In this document: positions 58,901-64,000 of the stretch, piece after piece | Position numbering within the stretch: the stretch's first letter is position 1 | Layout: each line of letters starts with the position of its first letter | Assembly (NCBI GenBank): GCA_963835575.1 | Contig: CAWIGG010000004.1 | Span: forward strand, 672,001-736,000 | From: an uncultured Spirochaetota bacterium | Lineage (GTDB): Bacteria; Spirochaetota; Brevinematia; Brevinematales; JAOACQ01 | Length of the DNA stretch: 64,000 bases | Reading direction: 5' to 3' | Notes under the pieces: model-generated | The model's database searches: none | Told to the model about the DNA's origin: nothing | What the model saw: only the letters and a program-made list of their open reading frames with translations | Made by a program: the position numbers and the translations under genes

Positions 58901-61435
58901 ATGAAGATCGATTTAAAAAAACTTGTTTTTGTGTTCATTATTTTATTGTCCATAGCTTTCTTTTATAAAACCTTTGCAGGCTATACAATCCAGGGAAACA
59001 ATCAGGTCAGCGATAGTCCATTGGGACTGACCGTACAGTATGCTCACCAGATCAGCCAGACAATAAACAGGTGGTTTGACGGGATGTGGATTGGAGAAAA
59101 ATCCGGATTAGCGCTTCTTAACCTTTATACTCTTTATACAAAAATATTTCCAATAGAAATTGTGCAGAATATGACTTATTTCAGCGCCGTTCTGCTTTCA
59201 TTAATATTCTGTTATCTTTTCTTAAGGAAAATTAACCTGGAAATGCTTCCGTCTCTGTTTGGTTCAATAGTATATTCATTTTCTCCGGTGATTTTATCAT
59301 TTATTTACGCAGGACATATACTTGTGGTCAGTGCGCTTTCTTATGTCCCGATGCTTTTTTATTTTTTAACGGCTGCTTTCCAAAAAGCGGAAAATGATAA
59401 AATTAAAAAAGTCCTGTTTTTGATATTAAGCGGAATTACATGGGGACTTATGGCTTCGGATGAAATACAAAGAGCTTTGTACTTTTCCATATTGGCTTCA
59501 TTTTACATCCTTTATTTAATTTATATAGAGAATGGGTTAAAGCTCAGACAATTAAAAAACAGCAATTTAAAGAATATTGGTCTGGATCTTTTAAAAACAA
59601 TGCTTATAATGGCAGTATTATTATTCACATTTTACAGCGGTCTGCAGCCCCTGCTTGATTCATTGAAATACAGAACAGCTATGCAAAACAAAGTTTCCGA
59701 TGTTTCCGGACAGGCAGAGGCCGGTTGGAATTTTGCCACAAGCTATTCTTTCGATCCTGCCGAATTAATTGACAGCCTGGCTTTCGGTTTTCATGGAAAA
59801 AGCTCGCTTGATCAGGAAAATGTTTACTGGGGGAGTAAAGAGTTTTCTACATCAAGTGAGTCTCTTGGTTTTTTTGTTATTATTTTCGGGTTATTAGGCG
59901 GAATAGCTTATTTTAAAAAAAGCGGATTCGTCAGGTTTTTTATAGCGGGCGGGTTGATATCTCTTCTTCTTTCTTTTGGAAAATTCTGGCCCGGGGTGCC
60001 GTTTTTCTGGCTGTTCAATCATCTGCCGTTTGTTTCTAATTTCAGGGCCCCGTCGAAATTTTTATCGGTAACCGCTTTTTGCTTTTCGGTTTTAGCAGCC
60101 TTTGGACTGAAGTATTTTATTGAGCTTCTCAATGATAAAAGCAATAATTCGGAAAAAATTCTCAAAATGATTGAAAAGATCTTATTTGTCTTCATTGGGG
60201 CCGGATTATTATCAATGCTTGGTGTGTTGATGATGTCTTCCGACAGTACCTTATTTTTTAACCAGAAGTATAATAATGCCAATATTGCTACTTCTATAAC
60301 AAACAATATGATTTTTGCTTTATTGAGGATGAATATCTATATTGCTTTAATTCTGGCAATGGTCAGTATTTCTTTCAGAATGAAAGAATTTAACTTAAAG
60401 AAAATTATGATTCCCGGCGCTTTTATTCTACTTCTGCTGTTTGATTTATGGAATACCGGATTATATTATGTTGACAAATCCTATATTAAAGTTAATGAAT
60501 TTTACAAGCAGGATGGTGTGATCAGTTTCTTAAAAAAAGAATCGGAAACAGAAACTTTTAGAGTAATTACTTCTTTTATGATCCCTAATCAGAATGGTGT
60601 AGGTAATATTCCTTTGACAGCTTTAAGAGGGCAGTATTTAACTTTTTACTTTTCTTTTTTTGATATTCAGCCGATGGAAGTCATCGCTTCTTCAGGGGTA
60701 ATGGAGGATTATAATAATTTCTTTATCAATGCAATGAAAGGCGCATTACCAAAACCTGTTCAAACGATGGATGATCTCATAAATGTTAACCTGCCCCTGC
60801 TACGCTTGACAGGCGTTAAATATATTATTACTGACGGATATTTGTATCCCGGACGTCAGCCGGTCCCTATTTTTCAGAGTTTGACAAACAATATAAATTT
60901 TACGCTGGCGGCGGTTGTAAACGGCTATAATGGAGCGCAGGCGGTTTTTGCCGTCAAAAACTATCTGCCCAGAATAGCTTTTTTTGAAAATTACATTGCC
61001 GTGGCAAATAATAACGAGGCATTAAGATATTTATCAAGCAATCAGATTAATTTTCAAAATACTATAATAATAAAAGCCCCTGTGAATAGTGTAAATCTTA
61101 CTCAAAATACTTTTCAGCCGGTCAAAGTCCTGAACTATCAAACATCTTGTACTAAGGCTGAATTGGATGCGCCTAAGGACGGCGTGATTCTCTTTAACAC
61201 TAAATTTAATAGCGGTTGGAAAGCTTATATTGACGGCAGGAAAACCGCAGTTTGTGAAGCCAATTACCTTCAAATGGGCGTGTTTGTAAGTGCGGGGAAG
61301 CATATTGTTGAGTTTAAATATGAACCGGATGGAAGACCTTTCTGGATTTCATTTTTCACGGTTCTCGCAGGTTTGGCGGGAGGTTTTCTTTATGCTCTTT
61401 ATTTTCTAATTTTCAAAAACAAAATAAAAGTTTAA
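58901..61435 (+). CDS. YfhO-like multi-pass membrane protein (GT-C-type glycosyltransferase)
   Basis: Many TM helices, LPFVSNFRAPSKF, YLPR and C-terminal GWKAYIDG...ANYLQMGV.V.AGKH.VEF.Y.P. Confidence 0.85.
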   Translation: MKIDLKKLVFVFIILLSIAFFYKTFAGYTIQGNNQVSDSPLGLTVQYAHQISQTINRWFDGMWIGEKSGLALLNLYTLYTKIFPIEIVQNMTYFSAVLLSLIFCYLFLRKINLEMLPSLFGSIVYSFSPVILSFIYAGHILVVSALSYVPMLFYFLTAAFQKAENDKIKKVLFLILSGITWGLMASDEIQRALYFSILASFYILYLIYIENGLKLRQLKNSNLKNIGLDLLKTMLIMAVLLFTFYSGLQPLLDSLKYRTAMQNKVSDVSGQAEAGWNFATSYSFDPAELIDSLAFGFHGKSSLDQENVYWGSKEFSTSSESLGFFVIIFGLLGGIAYFKKSGFVRFFIAGGLISLLLSFGKFWPGVPFFWLFNHLPFVSNFRAPSKFLSVTAFCFSVLAAFGLKYFIELLNDKSNNSEKILKMIEKILFVFIGAGLLSMLGVLMMSSDSTLFFNQKYNNANIATSITNNMIFALLRMNIYIALILAMVSISFRMKEFNLKKIMIPGAFILLLLFDLWNTGLYYVDKSYIKVNEFYKQDGVISFLKKESETETFRVITSFMIPNQNGVGNIPLTALRGQYLTFYFSFFDIQPMEVIASSGVMEDYNNFFINAMKGALPKPVQTMDDLINVNLPLLRLTGVKYIITDGYLYPGRQPVPIFQSLTNNINFTLAAVVNGYNGAQAVFAVKNYLPRIAFFENYIAVANNNEALRYLSSNQINFQNTIIIKAPVNSVNLTQNTFQPVKVLNYQTSCTKAELDAPKDGVILFNTKFNSGWKAYIDGRKTAVCEANYLQMGVFVSAGKHIVEFKYEPDGRPFWISFFTVLAGLAGGFLYALYFLIFKNKIKV

Positions 61436-61533
61436 TTTAAGTTCACATTGTCTATTCAGAAATTATTATTTATATTTATAATCGAAACATGAATTTTGCA
61501 GTATGCTTTTTTTAATTATAGAGGTTTGTTTTA

Positions 61534-64000
61534 ATGCATGATAAAATTATTATAAAAGGGGCTAAAGAGCACAATCTAAAGAACCTGTCGGTTGAAATTC
61601 CCAGGAACAAGCTTGTTGTTTTTACAGGAGTCTCGGGAAGCGGAAAGTCATCACTGGTTTTTGATACAATCTATGCGGAGGGTGAACGGCGTTACCTGGA
61701 ATCCCTTTCGACATATGCCCGCCAGTTTCTCGGTCAGATGAAAAAGCCTGATGTGGAATATATTGAAGGACTTTCTCCGGCGATTTCCATCCAGCAGCAG
61801 TCTGTGCATGGAAATCCACGTTCTATTGTCGGGACAGTAACGGAGATTTATGATTATTTCCGTCTCCTCTGGGGAACGATCGGGATTCCCACCTGCCCTG
61901 TATGCGGAAGAGTCCTGTCTTCGGCAACTGTTGATGAGATTGTCGATTCAATTATGAAAATGCCTCAAAGTCTAAAATTCATGATCCTGGCCCCTGTAGT
62001 CCGCGGAAAGAAAGGCACTCATGCGGATACACTGGAAGAATTGATAAAAGAGGGGTTCGGCAGGATCCGCCTTAACGGCGAGATCAAAGAACTGGATTCG
62101 GAAATCAAGCTGGACAAAAATAAAAAGCACAACATTGATATTGTAATTACACGGCTCGCTGTCGAGGAAAAATTCAGGACTCAGATAAACGATTCGGTTG
62201 AAACAGCCCTCCATTACGGTAACGGCCTTCTTGTCCTGAATTTCCCGGACTCAAAGGAAGAAAAACTGTATTCAGAAAAATATTATTGTCCCGACCATGA
62301 TATCAGCTTCAGTGAAATATCACCGAGAATGTTTTCCTTCAACGCGCCGTACGGCGCATGTCCGGAATGCAGCGGACTGGGGGAGAAACTTGAATTCGAT
62401 GAAGAGCTGCTGGTGGAATTTGATAAAAGCATCAGCGGCGGGGCGCTGCGTACTCATCCTCCTTCACAGGCTCACTGGGGCGCTTTTTTAAACGCGATCT
62501 CAAAAAAATATAAATTCTCAATGGATGTCCCTTATAAAGAACTGCCTGTGAAGATCAGGGACATCATCATGAACGGCGACAATGAGAAAGTGGAAATCCA
62601 TTATCAGAGTGAGAAATTTGATTTTTCAACCATGTCCAGGTATGAAGGGGTCATTCCGAATTTGAAAAGGCGTTATTTTGAGACACAGTCCCAGGAAATG
62701 AGGGAATGGCTGGAGCAGTATATGAAGGCTGTTCATTGCCCACTCTGCAGCGGCGAAAGGCTTAAAAAAGAAAGTCTGGCAGTAAAAGTCGCCGGTAAAA
62801 GCATAATGGATGTGACAAGAATGAATGTGGAAGCTTCCTATAATTTCTTTCAGGAACTATTAAAAGTCCTCAGCATTAGCGAACAGAAAATCGCCGACAG
62901 GGTCCTGAAGGAGATCGATAAAAGGCTTTTATTCATTATTGATGTAGGCCTTGATTATATCACGCTGGACAGGAAGGTCAGCACGATATCCGGCGGCGAA
63001 TTCCAGAGGATCCGCCTGGCTTCACAGATCGGGTCCGGTCTGATGGGAGTCCTGTATGTTCTGGATGAGCCGACCATCGGCCTTCATTCGAAGGACACCG
63101 ACCGGCTGATCGCGAGCCTGGAGAAACTGCGCGACTCGGGCAACACGGTGCTGGTTGTGGAGCATGATGAGGAGACGATCGCAAGGGCTGACTGGATCAT
63201 TGATATCGGGCCAGGGGCCGGGATTTACGGAGGCAAGCTTGTCGCGGAAGGGACTTTTGAGGAGATCAAGAAAAATCAAAATTCTTTGACGGGCAGGTAT
63301 CTTTCAGGCGAGCTGTTTGTGGAAACTCCCAAAGAAAGAAGAAAGGGAAACGGTTACGCTGTCGAGATAATCGCCGCGGAAGAGCATAATTTAAAGAAGA
63401 TCGATGTGAAATTTCCGCTGGGAAAATTTATCGTTGTATCGGGTGTAAGCGGGTCTGGTAAATCGACGCTGGTGAATGATATTCTCTTTATGGCGCTGAC
63501 CAAATGCATAAACAGGACGAAATGCGAACCGGGCAAGCATGAAAAAATCCTGGGAGTTGAGCATATCGATAAGATCATTGACATCGATCAGAGCCCGATC
63601 GGCCGGACCCCGCGGAGCAACCCCGCGACATATACAGGCGTGTTTACCGAGATCCGCGATCTTTTTACAGGGCTTCCCGAGGCGAAAGCCAGAGGCTACA
63701 AAGTCGGACGCTTCAGCTTCAATGTAAAAGGCGGACGGTGCGAGGCCTGCCAGGGCGATGGTGTCATTCAGGTCGAGATGCATTTTCTGCCGGATGTTTA
63801 TCTGACATGCGATGTCTGCGGCGGAAGGCGTTATAATAAAGAAACACTTCAAATAAAGTACAAAGGCAAATCCATATCCGATGTGCTCGAATTGACCGTG
63901 GATGAAGCGCTTATGTTTTTTGTCCATGTGCCTCTGATAAAAAGAAAGCTGGAAGTACTCCAGAATGTCGGCCTGGGCTATATCCATCTCGGCCAGTCGG
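61534..64000 (+). CDS. uvrA: Excinuclease ABC subunit A, runs off the window end
   Basis: [17 protein letters not shown]...[43 protein letters not shown] and [13 protein letters not shown]. Absent from the ORF track because its stop lies outside the window. Confidence 0.97.
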   Translation, partial: MHDKIIIKGAKEHNLKNLSVEIPRNKLVVFTGVSGSGKSSLVFDTIYAEGERRYLESLSTYARQFLGQMKKPDVEYIEGLSPAISIQQQSVHGNPRSIVGTVTEIYDYFRLLWGTIGIPTCPVCGRVLSSATVDEIVDSIMKMPQSLKFMILAPVVRGKKGTHADTLEELIKEGFGRIRLNGEIKELDSEIKLDKNKKHNIDIVITRLAVEEKFRTQINDSVETALHYGNGLLVLNFPDSKEEKLYSEKYYCPDHDISFSEISPRMFSFNAPYGACPECSGLGEKLEFDEELLVEFDKSISGGALRTHPPSQAHWGAFLNAISKKYKFSMDVPYKELPVKIRDIIMNGDNEKVEIHYQSEKFDFSTMSRYEGVIPNLKRRYFETQSQEMREWLEQYMKAVHCPLCSGERLKKESLAVKVAGKSIMDVTRMNVEASYNFFQELLKVLSISEQKIADRVLKEIDKRLLFIIDVGLDYITLDRKVSTISGGEFQRIRLASQIGSGLMGVLYVLDEPTIGLHSKDTDRLIASLEKLRDSGNTVLVVEHDEETIARADWIIDIGPGAGIYGGKLVAEGTFEEIKKNQNSLTGRYLSGELFVETPKERRKGNGYAVEIIAAEEHNLKKIDVKFPLGKFIVVSGVSGSGKSTLVNDILFMALTKCINRTKCEPGKHEKILGVEHIDKIIDIDQSPIGRTPRSNPATYTGVFTEIRDLFTGLPEAKARGYKVGRFSFNVKGGRCEACQGDGVIQVEMHFLPDVYLTCDVCGGRRYNKETLQIKYKGKSISDVLELTVDEALMFFVHVPLIKRKLEVLQNVGLGYIHLGQS

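Noticed and set aside
61436..61533. LexA box upstream of uvrA
   Set aside because: No match to CTGT-N8-ACAG or GAAC-N4-GTTC that I can support.
61622..63987. Short ORFs listed in the track over the last 2.5 kb, and similar antisense ORFs over alaS, guaA, the helicase and the transposases
   Set aside because: They are shadow frames of well-supported genes (here uvrA).

Overview
Bacterial chromosomal window, AT-rich, probably origin-proximal: it holds a perfect parS site, parA-parB and smc. The SMC has no canonical hinge, which tentatively points to a spirochaete (inference). Housekeeping genes include dgt, smc, smpB, guaA, alaS, a UvrD-like helicase and uvrA (runs off the right edge). Also present are two SpoIIE/PP2C phosphatases, a sigma70-family factor behind a textbook sigma54 promoter, three Hsp20 genes behind a second sigma54 promoter, and a glycosyltransferase/B12-radical-SAM cluster. 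Six IS elements or remnants occur (IS1182, two different IS5, two IS1380 copies in inverted orientation, one IS1380 remnant), plus several single-lesion pseudogenes. Best candidates for new biology: (1) downstream of alaS, a stack of seven different 8-10-bp-period repeat arms and a ~200-bp unit that brackets, as inverted repeats, a low-GC restriction-modification-like cargo, with cargo-free paired arms elsewhere in the window; (2) a TPR / lamin-tail protein with a T9SS-type C-terminal sorting domain / PorV-like barrel operon in an apparently non-Bacteroidota host; (3) a sigma54-to-RpoS-like cascade; (4) an H-NOX protein lacking its heme ligands. All family calls come from motif recognition by eye; no database search was run.
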